Shown here: positions 34,598 to 43,744 of the stretch, in pieces
Layout: the number at the start of each line of letters is the position of its first letter
Position numbering within the stretch: the first letter of the stretch is position 1
Origin: Myxococcales bacterium
GTDB taxonomy: Bacteria > Myxococcota_A > Polyangia > Haliangiales > Haliangiaceae
NCBI GenBank assembly: GCA_016716835.1
Contig: JADJUW010000003.1
Coordinates: 48,534 to 112,533, forward strand
Length of the DNA: 64,000 bases
Reading direction: 5' to 3'
Notes under the pieces: model-generated
The model's input: the letters and a program-made list of their open reading frames with translations, nothing else
What the model was told of the DNA's origin: nothing
Databases searched by the model: none
Position numbers and translations under genes: made by a program

Positions 34598-36409
34598 CTA
34601 AAATGCCGCGTCGCTGATGGTGAGCGGTGAGCGGTCTTCTTTGGCGATGAGCGCGGCCTTGCCGGCCACCGTCGGCAGCACGTTGTGCGCAAAGTACAGC
34701 GCGGCGGCGCGCTTGCCTTCGTAGAACGCGCGGTCGGGCGCGTCGGCGGCGAGCGAGGCCACGGCGGCCTCGGCGATCACGGCCTGGTCGAGCAGGAGCC
34801 AGCCAACCGTCAGCTCCGACATCATTTCTAGGAAGCGATTAGCCGACAGCGGCACCATCTCCATCTTGCCGCCGGTCGACCAGCCGAGAAAGCGCATCGC
34901 CGAGCTGGTGACGGCCTCGAGCGCCTTGGCCAATTCCGCGATGCCATCGCCGAGCGTCGCATGGCCCTTGTTGGCGGCAATAAACGCGCCGACATCTTTG
35001 GCGAACGACTGGAAGTTGGCGCCACCCTTTTGCCCCAGCTTGCGGCCGACGAGGTCGAGCGCTTGGATATGGTTGGTGCCCTCGTAGATCGAAAAAATCT
35101 TGGCATCGCGCGCATACTGTTCGACCGGCCAGTCTTTAAGGTAGCCGGCGCCGCCATAGGTTTGGATCGCGGTGGCGCAGACCTGGAACGCCTGATCTGA
35201 GCCATAGGCCTTCACCAGTGGCACGAGCAAATCGACCTGGCCTTGGTGATAGTCGCGTCCCGCGTCGTCGGTGGCGGCGGCCTTGCGATCGACGTGCATG
35301 GTGAGCTTGATCGCTAACGCTCGCACGCCCTCGACGCGCGCCTTCATGTCGAGCAGCATGCGGCGAACGTCGGGATGCTCGATGATGGCGGCGCGGGGCG
35401 CGTTGGCGTCTTTGAAGTGCGCCATATTCGAGCCCTGCTTGCGATCCTTGGCGTATTCGAGCGCGTTGAGGTAGGCCGAGCTCATGACGGCGAGGCCTTG
35501 GATGCCGACCCCAATGCGGGCGAAGTTCATCATGTGGAACATTTGGCTCATGCCCTTTTGTTCCGTGGTGCCGACGAGCTCACCGAGGCAATTGTCGCTC
35601 TCGCCAAAGGAGAGGCTGGCGGTCGATGACGCCTTGATGCCCATCTTGTGCTCGATGCCGGTACAGATCACGTCGTTGCTGCTTCCGTCGGCGCGCAGCT
35701 TGGGCACGATGAAGAGCGAAAGGCCCTTGGTGCCGGCCGGTGCCTCGGGGGTGCGCGCGAGCACGAGGTGCACGATGTTGCCAGAAAGGTCTTGATCGCC
35801 GCCCGAGATAAAGATCTTGTTGCCCTTGATCTTATAGCTGCCGTCGGGCTGCTTGATCGCGGTCGTCGTCGCGGCGCCGACGTCGGAGCCGGCCTGGGGC
35901 TCGGTCAGGCACATGGTGCCCGCATATTCGCCGGCGTGCATCTTGGCTGCCCAGCGCTGTTGTTGATCGGGCGTGCCAAACTCGGCGATGGTATCGGCGG
36001 CGCCGGTGGTGAGCGCGGGATACATGTTGAACGAGGTGTTGGCGCCGCACATCATTTCCTCGACGGCCATCGACAAGGTAAGGGGGCCCGCTTGGCCACC
36101 AAATTGTTCTTCAACCGCGATGCTGCGCCAGCCGACCTCGTAAAGCGATTTCCACGCCGCGGTGAAGCCGTTTGGCGTCGTCACCTTGCCGTTTTCATAT
36201 TTACAACCGATCTTGTCGGCGGCGCCGTTGAGCGGCCCGAGCACCTTGCAACACCACGCGTAAGCTTCATCGAGCACGCTGGTGACTTCGTCCTTGCCCC
36301 AATTGGCATACGGCGCCTTGCTGAGGAGTTCGCCGAGCTTAAATTGTTCAAAGAGCACGAAGCGGAATTCGCGAAGGCTTGCCTTATAAAAGTTGACGTT
36401 TTGCGACAT
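34598..36409 (-). CDS. Long-form acyl-CoA dehydrogenase
   Basis: 603 aa. 'GTMCLTEPQAGSDVG' (ACAD middle-domain signature), 'IYEGTNHIQALDLVGRKL' (C-terminal helical domain), plus an extra C-terminal domain. Confidence 0.92.
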   Translation of the reverse strand: MSQNVNFYKASLREFRFVLFEQFKLGELLSKAPYANWGKDEVTSVLDEAYAWCCKVLGPLNGAADKIGCKYENGKVTTPNGFTAAWKSLYEVGWRSIAVEEQFGGQAGPLTLSMAVEEMMCGANTSFNMYPALTTGAADTIAEFGTPDQQQRWAAKMHAGEYAGTMCLTEPQAGSDVGAATTTAIKQPDGSYKIKGNKIFISGGDQDLSGNIVHLVLARTPEAPAGTKGLSLFIVPKLRADGSSNDVICTGIEHKMGIKASSTASLSFGESDNCLGELVGTTEQKGMSQMFHMMNFARIGVGIQGLAVMSSAYLNALEYAKDRKQGSNMAHFKDANAPRAAIIEHPDVRRMLLDMKARVEGVRALAIKLTMHVDRKAAATDDAGRDYHQGQVDLLVPLVKAYGSDQAFQVCATAIQTYGGAGYLKDWPVEQYARDAKIFSIYEGTNHIQALDLVGRKLGQKGGANFQSFAKDVGAFIAANKGHATLGDGIAELAKALEAVTSSAMRFLGWSTGGKMEMVPLSANRFLEMMSELTVGWLLLDQAVIAEAAVASLAADAPDRAFYEGKRAAALYFAHNVLPTVAGKAALIAKEDRSPLTISDAAF

Positions 36410-36455
36410 GGGTCCTCGATGGTTCGCTGCGGCAATCTGGCGTTAAAATGAACGT

Positions 36456-36473
36456 TGAATGAATACTCATTCA
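36456..36473. promoter_or_regulatory. Perfect 7-4-7 palindrome, candidate repressor operator
   Basis: TGAATGA-ATAC-TCATTCA sits in the AT-rich divergent region, 47 nt upstream of the acyl-CoA dehydrogenase start (36409). Confidence 0.4.
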
Positions 36474-36579
36474 TTTTATGATGCCACTTATGCAATGCGT
36501 CAAGCAATTCAATGAACAAAGCCTCGGACTTCACCGTCTGACAGGCAGTAAGCTCAAGTCCGTTATCAGGAGGAAGATT

Positions 36580-38016
36580 GTGATTACGCATATTTCCAGG
36601 TTCACAGCACGCTTTTTAGCCACCGCTTTGCTCGTCGGTTCGACCGTGGTTGGCCACGTCTCGGCGCAACCAGGAGGCCGGCGCTCGCCGCCACCTCCAC
36701 CGCCCGGAGGGAGCCCGTCGCCGCAGTCGTCGCAGGTTCCGCCGGCGCCAACTTTGGTAGCTCCGCCACAGGCGGCAACGTATCCAACCACCGCGCCGCC
36801 GGCACCGCAGGCGGAACGAGTTCGCGGCGCCAAGCGCAAGGGGCACATTTGGGTCCCAGGCAATTGGTCGTGGCAAAACGGTCGGTGGACCTGGACCGCC
36901 GGTCGATGGGAGCGCGTCGTTCCAGATCAACGATTCGTCGAAGGACGTTGGGAAAACCAAAACGGCCAATGGGTGTGGATCCCGGGCCGTTGGCAGCAAG
37001 TGCTGCGCGAGCCAAACGTTGCGCCGCCTCCGCCAAAAGACCCAACGCCGGCGCAAGTACTCGCGGGCAAAGTGTGGTTTTCGGGTCGCTGGGAATGGAA
37101 AAATGGCGAGTGGTCGTGGAACCCCGGTCGGTGGCAAGATGTCAAACGCGGCTACCGGTGGGTCGACGGTCGCTGGGAGCAACGCGGCGCCTCGTGGGCG
37201 TGGGTCGATGGCCGTTGGGAAGAATTGCCCAAGGAACCAAACATAGCGCCGCCTGCGCCGCGTGATCCCGCGCCAACCGAGCTGCGTCGTGGCAACAAGG
37301 TGTGGGTCGCCGGTAAATGGGAATGGAAATATGGCCAGTGGGAATGGACGCCAGGCCGCTGGGAGCGCGAACGCCGCGGTTCCGTTTGGACAGAAGGCCG
37401 TTGGGAGCAACGCGGCAACACGTGGACGTGGGTGCCGGGCACCTGGACCGCCTTGCCCGCCGAGCCCAATGTAGCACCCCCGCCGCCGCGCGATACGCGC
37501 CCAGCGCGCGGTGCTCGCGGCCAGGTTTGGGTCGCCGGTAAATGGGAATGGAAGTTTGGCGAATGGAAATGGACGCCTGGTCGCTGGCAGCGCGAGCAAC
37601 GCGGCAAGCAATGGCGTGATGGCCGTTGGGAAAACCAAAATGGCCGTTGGGTATGGGTTCCTGGTGCGTGGGAAGCCGCCGCTCCGGCGCCAACGCCGAC
37701 GCTGGTGCCGCCGCCGCAACCGGCGACGCATCAGCAGCCGCATCATCAACAACCGCCGCAACCGCAGCCTGCGCCACAACCACAACCTCCAGTTGTCAGC
37801 GGTCCAACCGCGCCGCCACCAGCGCCCGTGGCCGAAAGACCAGGCACCGCGCGACCGGGCTATTTTTGGCAACCAGGGCGCTACGTTTGGCAAGACGGCC
37901 AATATTCGTGGCGCGCTGGCAGCTGGCAGAAATCGCAAGCTAGCAAGACATGGACGCCTGGCCGCTGGGAGCTGCGCGGCAGCGTCTACGTGTGGATCGA
38001 CGGCAGCTGGAACTAG
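36580..38016 (+). CDS. Secreted WxxGxW (YXWGXW)-repeat protein
   Basis: GTG 36580 follows 'CAGGAGGAAG'. Signal peptide, a Pro-rich linker, then many 'W(V/T)PG(R/K)WEW..G.W.W' units arranged in 75-aa (225-nt) super-repeats separated by 'EPN(V/I)APPPP(R/K)D'. Confidence 0.8.
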   Translation: MITHISRFTARFLATALLVGSTVVGHVSAQPGGRRSPPPPPPGGSPSPQSSQVPPAPTLVAPPQAATYPTTAPPAPQAERVRGAKRKGHIWVPGNWSWQNGRWTWTAGRWERVVPDQRFVEGRWENQNGQWVWIPGRWQQVLREPNVAPPPPKDPTPAQVLAGKVWFSGRWEWKNGEWSWNPGRWQDVKRGYRWVDGRWEQRGASWAWVDGRWEELPKEPNIAPPAPRDPAPTELRRGNKVWVAGKWEWKYGQWEWTPGRWERERRGSVWTEGRWEQRGNTWTWVPGTWTALPAEPNVAPPPPRDTRPARGARGQVWVAGKWEWKFGEWKWTPGRWQREQRGKQWRDGRWENQNGRWVWVPGAWEAAAPAPTPTLVPPPQPATHQQPHHQQPPQPQPAPQPQPPVVSGPTAPPPAPVAERPGTARPGYFWQPGRYVWQDGQYSWRAGSWQKSQASKTWTPGRWELRGSVYVWIDGSWN

Positions 38017-38125
38017 ACCCGGAACGCACCGTATGGGAAATTTTGCGCGTACGGCTTCGCTCGGTCGGTCACATACCAAGCGTATGCTCCCTCTCTCGCT
38101 GCAGGCGTGCGCGCAAACTTCCTCC

Positions 38126-38144
38126 ATACGGATGCATTCCGTAT
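38126..38144. terminator. Possible hairpin in convergent intergenic region
   Basis: ATACGGA-tgcat-TCCGTAT lies between the repeat-protein stop (38016) and the epimerase stop (38164). It has a weak T-rich tail on the plus strand only. Confidence 0.25.
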
Positions 38145-38163
38145 AGAAATATTGTTCGGACTA

Positions 38164-39204
38164 TTAAGTGCTCGAGGAGCGGGCGTCGGCAAACCACGCG
38201 ACGGTTTCGCTCATGCCCTCGGCCACGGTATGGCTGGGGTGGTATCCAAGTTCGCTCGTGATGCGATCGATGGACGCCTGCGAATGCGGGATATCGCCCG
38301 GCCGCGCGGGCGCGTATTCGAGCTGCGCCTCGGCGATGTCTGAATCAACGCGCACGAGGCCGTCGCGGATCATTTCGAAGAGTTCTTTGACCGTGGTGCG
38401 TTCGTTGCAGCCAACGTTGTAGACGCGGTGCAAAGGCGCATCCCAATGATGGATGGCGGCCAAGATGTTCGCTTGCACGACATTGTCGATGTAGCAAAAA
38501 TCGCGGCTGGCGGTGCCGTCGCCGTAGACTTGGCAGGTCTTGCCCGCCAGCAGCGTGTCGATCCACCGCGGCACCACGGCGGCGTAGGCCCCGTTTGGAT
38601 CTTGGCGGCGACCAAAGACATTGAAGTAGCGCAGGCCGACGAGGTTGAGGCCATAGCACGACGAAAAGACGTCGGCGTAGATCTCATCGCACCGCTTGGT
38701 GGCGGCGTAGGGCGACAAGCACTTGCCAATGGTTTCCTCGCGCTTGGGCAAGTCTTCGTGATCGCCGTAGACCGAGCTTGAGCTGGCATAGACGATGCGC
38801 GTGATGCCCGCGTGGCGCGCGGCCTCAAGCAGGTTGAGAAAAGCCACGACGTTGTTGGCGTTAGATGGTAGGGGCTCTTCGATCGACCTCGGCACTGAAC
38901 CGAGCGCGGCCTGATGCAAGATGATGTCGACGTCGCGCACGGCCCGCTTGGCAACCGCGGGATCACAGAGATCACCCTCGATGAATTTGAACTGGTATTT
39001 TTGATCGGGATTGATCGAGAGGACGTCGTCGAGATTTTTTTGATGGCCTGTGATGAAGTTATCGACGCCGACGACGCTCTGGCCAAGGTCGAGCAAGCGC
39101 TCCATCAGCGCGGAGCCGATAAAGCCCGCGACGCCGGTCACCAGCCAGCGCCGAGGTTCGTTGACCAATTTCTCACAGAGTAAGTCGTAGCCACGCGCGC
39201 TCAT
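38164..39204 (-). CDS. NAD-dependent nucleotide-sugar 4-epimerase (WbpP/TviC-like SDR)
   Basis: Rossmann 'VTGVAGFIGSAL', catalytic 'YAATKRCDEIYA' (YxxxK), and N-terminal '...RRWLVTG...VVGVDNFITGHQKNLDDV' typical of the UDP-GlcNAc/GlcNAcA 4-epimerase subgroup. Confidence 0.88.
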   Translation of the reverse strand: MSARGYDLLCEKLVNEPRRWLVTGVAGFIGSALMERLLDLGQSVVGVDNFITGHQKNLDDVLSINPDQKYQFKFIEGDLCDPAVAKRAVRDVDIILHQAALGSVPRSIEEPLPSNANNVVAFLNLLEAARHAGITRIVYASSSSVYGDHEDLPKREETIGKCLSPYAATKRCDEIYADVFSSCYGLNLVGLRYFNVFGRRQDPNGAYAAVVPRWIDTLLAGKTCQVYGDGTASRDFCYIDNVVQANILAAIHHWDAPLHRVYNVGCNERTTVKELFEMIRDGLVRVDSDIAEAQLEYAPARPGDIPHSQASIDRITSELGYHPSHTVAEGMSETVAWFADARSSST

Positions 39205-39296
39205 AAGCCAACCTGCCTCGCATGGTCCGTGGAACGGCGACAGACGTCAACACGTGCCGGCTCAAAACGCGTCGAATTGTCGCGGCTCGCGCCACG

Positions 39297-39755
39297 TCAT
39301 GGGGCCTCCATAAGCACGACGCCAAGCATGCGTTCGCGCGGCAATTCGCGCACGAGGTCGCGTAACGCGCGGTCGTCACATCCAATCTCGGCGAGCACGA
39401 GGACGGCGTGCAAGGTGCCGGCGGCCGCACCGTGTTCGCCACGCGCCTGCAACCCTCCGAGGTCGCACAGCAAATATTCCGCGGTGGCGGTTGCGGCCTG
39501 CGCGAGATCCAGCAGCGGGCTTTGTGCGCGCGCTTGCTCATCGCCGGCGCTGGTGGCTGCCCATGTTGCCGATGGCACCGCGGTTAACGCATAGAGGGCC
39601 GCGCCGAGATCTTGCATAAACGCGGCGAGCCTCGCGGGGCGTCGCGCCCGCGCCGCGCGGCGAGCCGCAGGCAACTCAATGATACCAACCGTAAGCGCGC
39701 CCGCGGCGACGATGCGGCGCGCCACCGACACCGCGCATTCCGAGACGGCCTCCAT
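39297..39755 (-). CDS. Doubtful hypothetical ORF (152 aa)
   Basis: Fills the gap between the epimerase and GT4 genes, but it starts only 7 nt from the divergent GT4 ATG and has no SD. Ala/Arg-rich. Confidence 0.25.
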   Translation of the reverse strand: MEAVSECAVSVARRIVAAGALTVGIIELPAARRAARARRPARLAAFMQDLGAALYALTAVPSATWAATSAGDEQARAQSPLLDLAQAATATAEYLLCDLGGLQARGEHGAAAGTLHAVLVLAEIGCDDRALRDLVRELPRERMLGVVLMEAP

Positions 39756-39761
39756 GCCCGC

Positions 39762-40889
39762 ATGTTACCATGGTGCGTGTTGTCGGTCGTGCATGTGCTG
39801 TCGTCGCTGGGCATGGGCGGGCAGGAAATGCTGGTGCTGCGGCTCGCGGCGGCGCAGCGTGCGCAGGGGTGGGACGTGCGCGTGGTGTCGCTGGCAACCG
39901 CGGCCCCGGCGCTAGCAGACGCGTTTGCCACGGCAGGCGTCCCGGTACATGTGGTAGCCAAGCAGGCTGGCCTTGACGTCGCGCTGCCGGTGCGGCTGGC
40001 GCGCTTGCTGCGCACGCTACGTCCAAAAATCGTGCACACACACAACCCGTTGCCACTCATCTATGCGGCGTGGCCGGCACGCCTGGCGGGGGCGCGCGTG
40101 ATTCATACCAAGCACGGCAAGAATCCCGCGGTCGGGGCAAACTTGATCGCAAGGCGCACGGCGGCAGCGGCGGTGGAGGCGTTCGTCGCGGTGTCGGAGG
40201 GGACGGCGGCGCAGGCCCGGCTTGCGCGCGAGTGCGCAACCGGCAAGCTAACGACCATCGTCAATGGCATCGACGTGACGCGGTTTGTGCCCGATCCGGC
40301 GGCGCGCATGAAGTGGCGCGCGGCGTGGGGGCCGGTGGACGCCGCGGCCGATGTTTGTGTCGTGATTTCTGTCGGGCGGCTCGACGAGAACAAGCATCAT
40401 GCGATGCTCTTGGCCGCCGTGGCGGCGTTGCCGGCTGAGGTGGCGGCGCGGGTGCGCGTGATGATCATCGGTGAGGGCCCGTTGCATGACGCGCTCGCGG
40501 CGCAGGCTTTGGCGCTCGGCCTTGCGGACCGCGTGCGGCTGATGGGGCGACGCGATGACGTGGCCGAGCTGCTTGCGGCGGCCGATCTCTTCGCGCTGAC
40601 GTCGCGCAGTGAGGGCTTGCCACTCGCGGTGGCCGAGGCCATGGCTTGCGGACTGCCGATTGTGGGCACCGATGTCGGTGGTATGCGTGATGTCGTGGGC
40701 GACTGCGGGGCCTTGGTGACCTCCGAAGACGCGCCGGCGCTGACGGTGGAGCTGGCGCGCTTGATCGCGGGTGATGAGTTGCGCGCCACGCTTGGCGCCC
40801 TGGCGCGGGCGCGCGCGGTCGCGCAGTTTTCGCTCGCGACGATGGCGACGGAGTATGAGGCGTTATACCGGGGCGCCCTAGCGCGCTGA
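39762..40889 (+). CDS. Glycosyltransferase family 4 (GT-B, GT1-type fold)
   Basis: Trimmed to ATG 39762 ('...VVHVLSSLGMGGQEMLVLRL'). C-terminal 'SRSEGLPLAVAEAMACGLPIVGTDVGG' is the E-x7-E motif. Confidence 0.85.
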   Translation: MLPWCVLSVVHVLSSLGMGGQEMLVLRLAAAQRAQGWDVRVVSLATAAPALADAFATAGVPVHVVAKQAGLDVALPVRLARLLRTLRPKIVHTHNPLPLIYAAWPARLAGARVIHTKHGKNPAVGANLIARRTAAAAVEAFVAVSEGTAAQARLARECATGKLTTIVNGIDVTRFVPDPAARMKWRAAWGPVDAAADVCVVISVGRLDENKHHAMLLAAVAALPAEVAARVRVMIIGEGPLHDALAAQALALGLADRVRLMGRRDDVAELLAAADLFALTSRSEGLPLAVAEAMACGLPIVGTDVGGMRDVVGDCGALVTSEDAPALTVELARLIAGDELRATLGALARARAVAQFSLATMATEYEALYRGALAR

Positions 40890-41879
40890 TCGCATGGGCC
40901 CGCGCCATAAGACAATGACCGAGATAATGAGCAACGAGGCCGCGAGCCATTCTGAGGCGCTGGGCGCACCAGAAACGCCAAATGCGGCGAGTAGCGACGT
41001 CGCCACAATACCCGCCAAGATGCTGCCTGAGCGATTGAGCGGCACGCTGTAGCTGTGCTCTTGCGGCGCCAGCAACACCAGGCCGCCAAAAAAACCGGTG
41101 GCCTGCGACAGCACGCCCATGAGCAAGATGAGCCAGGCCTGCGGGTGGCGCCATAGCTCGGTAAAGCCGTCTTGCAACCGCGTTAGCGCGGCGGCGTCGA
41201 TGCCAAGCACGGGCAAGGCCGCGAGGGCGGCGACGAGCAGCAGCGCCATCGGCGATGCGACGAGTTGTTCCTCGACGAAGTAGCGCATGCGCTCGCGCTG
41301 CGTCACCTGCTTGCCGGCTCGGCTCATGATGAGCAGGCGGATAAGATATGCGCCGAGGTAGCACGCGATGTCGAGCGCGGCGAGCCACGGCAGATTGGCC
41401 TTCGCCTGCCCAGAAAGCCCAAGCACCGCAACTAGGCCCAGCGCCAGCGCTACCCACGAATACCACCACACCTTGCGTCCGGTGATCGCATCGACGAGCG
41501 GCGCCAGCAGCAGCACGCCGCCGCGCATGAGCAGGCTCATCAGCGAGATATTGACGCCGACAAACGCGTACGACAGCGTGGTGGTCACGATGATCGCGGC
41601 GGTGGCGGTGCCGGCAAGGAGCGTGGTGCGGCTCGGCATCGGCACATCACGGCCAAGGAGGCGACGCGTGCTCGCGAAGCGCCAATAGCCGCCGAACGAA
41701 AAAACCGCGAGCATCGACAGCACGGAGGCCATGAGGCTCAGCGGCAACAGGGCAAGCCCCGAGACCACGGGCCCGGAGAAAGCACCCGACGACATGGCCT
41801 TGGTGAGCGCGGCATATGGCACGTAGGCGGCAAAATAGCCCAAGGCAAACAACCACAGCCGCATCGAGGTTTCGGGCAT
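40878..41879 (-). CDS. Polytopic membrane protein (about 10 TM, DMT/EamA-like layout)
   Basis: 333 aa, hydrophobic segments throughout, with two-fold internal symmetry of TM spacing. No catalytic motif. Confidence 0.65.
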   Translation of the reverse strand: MPETSMRLWLFALGYFAAYVPYAALTKAMSSGAFSGPVVSGLALLPLSLMASVLSMLAVFSFGGYWRFASTRRLLGRDVPMPSRTTLLAGTATAAIIVTTTLSYAFVGVNISLMSLLMRGGVLLLAPLVDAITGRKVWWYSWVALALGLVAVLGLSGQAKANLPWLAALDIACYLGAYLIRLLIMSRAGKQVTQRERMRYFVEEQLVASPMALLLVAALAALPVLGIDAAALTRLQDGFTELWRHPQAWLILLMGVLSQATGFFGGLVLLAPQEHSYSVPLNRSGSILAGIVATSLLAAFGVSGAPSASEWLAASLLIISVIVLWRGPMRSAR

Positions 41880-41887
41880 GGTGAGCG

Positions 41888-43612
41888 CTAACGCTTAACG
41901 TGCCACATGACGTTCCACGTGACGTCTTGATAGCGAAAGGTGTTGCGTTGCACCGGCTGGCGCGTCGCCGCAAAACGCGCGAGGTCGTCGGCGAGGACGC
42001 GCTCGGCGCCGTCAAAGTAAGTGATGAGCCAACCACGCGTCGCCAGCGCATCGAGGCGGGCCAGCGTCGCGGCGAGGTCTTTAATATAGTAGAGGACCTC
42101 GCAGGCGACGACGACGTCGAAGCGGCCCCCCTCCCAGCGTTCGTCGGTGACCAGCCCGGTTTCGAATGCCGCGCCCGGCACGCGTGCTTGCGCGCGGGCG
42201 ATCGCGGTGGCGGAAATATCGAGGCCGGTGACCTGGCGCGCGAGCTGGGCCAGGTGCTCGGTTTGGTGGCCTTCGCCGCAGCCAAGCTCGAGCAAGGTGT
42301 CGATATCGCCAAACTGCTCGCGCAGGATCTTGTTGGTGGCGGCGAAGCGAAATTGCTCCTTGGCACTCGCCATATGCCAAGGATCGGCGACGCGGTAGGC
42401 AAAGTCGATGCGCTTGTGCGCGTCGCGGCGCGCGATGCCTTTCATGGTGCGGCGAATCCATTGTTCGCGCAGGGCCGCGCGAAGCGTCGACGCCTCGGGG
42501 GGCGCGTCCGGGTGGTTTGGTGCGGCCGTGGGCGTCGACCCTGGCGGCGGCAGGCCTGCGCCTGCTGGCGCCAGCTGCGCGCGATACGACAACCACGGCA
42601 CGGCGAGCTGACCGCGAAACTCATCAAGCGATAGCTGACGATCGAGCGCGTAGCGCGGCAGATCCAGCCAGTCGCGGCGCCGTCGCAACGACATGCCATT
42701 CGCGTTGGCAAAGCCCAGCGTATAGCCCGCATCGCGCACCGCTTGGTGCAGCGTGCGGTCGCTGGCGACGCTGCGGCCGGTAGGATAGGCAATGGCGAGG
42801 GTGGGGCGCCCAAGTTCTTCTTCGAGGCGCCGCTTGCTGTGGCGCAGCTCGGTGGCGACTTCGCCAAGCGCAATCTGCTGCAGCACGCGATGGGTGACGC
42901 CATGCGAGGCAATGTCCATGCCGGCGTCGCGCAGCGCGCGCAGATCGTCCCACGTCATGATGAGCTCATCGGCGAGCCGCCGCTCGAGCTCGGGCGTCCA
43001 GTCGATTTGCAGCGCGGCGGCGAGCTCACGCATAAAACGCGGCAGGTCGAGATTAGCGCTGTCCTTGACTAGGCGCAGCAGCGCGTGGCGGCCGGTCTCA
43101 TTGGCGATGAAGCGACGCGCCGTGGGGTAGGTCATCGCAAACGCCGTGCCTTGGCGTTCGCGTAGCATCCAGGCGATTTGTTCCCACCAAAACAGGCGCC
43201 GGTCGTCGATGTACCCAGTTGGCACAAAAAACGTCGCCGGCAGCTGATGCCGCGCCAACACGGGCAAGGCGCGGGTCAGGCACGACTTGTAGCCATCATC
43301 AAACGTGATGAGCAGCGCGTTGGCGGGTAGCGCGCCCTCGCCGCGCGCCGCTCGCGCCAAATCGGCCAGCCGCACGACCGAGAAGTTAGCCGCGACCCAC
43401 GCCATCTGGCTATCAAACATGTCGGTGGTAGCGTCGGCGACGTCTGGATCAAAGCGATAGTCGGCGTCCGGCTGTTCGACGTGGTGATAGGTGAGGACCG
43501 TCAGCGGCGACCACGGCAGTTTCGACCACGGTAGGCGTTCGCGCGCGTCCATGAGCGACTGCGCGATCGGCCGCTGCCCCATAAGCGTCGACAGCGCCGC
43601 GCGAATTCGCAT
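41888..43612 (-). CDS. Fusion protein: NodB-type polysaccharide deacetylase (N) plus class I SAM methyltransferase (C)
   Basis: N-terminal half: 'LTYHHV', 'LITFDDGYKS', 'IASHGVTHRVL'. C-terminal half: 'LLELGCGEGHQTEHLA' (motif I), 'VTGLDIS', 'FDVVVACEVLYYI'. Confidence 0.85.
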   Translation of the reverse strand: MRIRAALSTLMGQRPIAQSLMDARERLPWSKLPWSPLTVLTYHHVEQPDADYRFDPDVADATTDMFDSQMAWVAANFSVVRLADLARAARGEGALPANALLITFDDGYKSCLTRALPVLARHQLPATFFVPTGYIDDRRLFWWEQIAWMLRERQGTAFAMTYPTARRFIANETGRHALLRLVKDSANLDLPRFMRELAAALQIDWTPELERRLADELIMTWDDLRALRDAGMDIASHGVTHRVLQQIALGEVATELRHSKRRLEEELGRPTLAIAYPTGRSVASDRTLHQAVRDAGYTLGFANANGMSLRRRRDWLDLPRYALDRQLSLDEFRGQLAVPWLSYRAQLAPAGAGLPPPGSTPTAAPNHPDAPPEASTLRAALREQWIRRTMKGIARRDAHKRIDFAYRVADPWHMASAKEQFRFAATNKILREQFGDIDTLLELGCGEGHQTEHLAQLARQVTGLDISATAIARAQARVPGAAFETGLVTDERWEGGRFDVVVACEVLYYIKDLAATLARLDALATRGWLITYFDGAERVLADDLARFAATRQPVQRNTFRYQDVTWNVMWHVKR

Positions 43613-43744
43613 CGCCTCATTCTACGGCATTTGCGCGGTTTTTCCTATGGCGGTGTGGAAGTGATCCCGCGCAAGCGCGTCGCGCGACGTGGGCACACTC
43701 CGCTGGCCCGCCGCGGCGCCGGCACGTCGGACGCGCGCGACAAG

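Noticed and set aside
36616-38127. 503-aa minus-strand ORF opposite the WxxGxW repeat gene
   Set aside because: It is an Arg/Trp/Pro-rich mirror of the repeats. The plus-strand frame has a signal peptide, an SD and a known repeat family.
39297-39755. Remnant of a BY-kinase/ParA-like ATPase in the 152-aa ORF ('YLLCDLGGL...HAVLVLAEIG...MLGVVL' vaguely resembles Walker B plus the C-terminal strands)
   Set aside because: No Walker A, and the resemblance rests on hydrophobic patterns only. The ORF itself is doubtful. The idea is mentioned only so it can be tested with an HMM.
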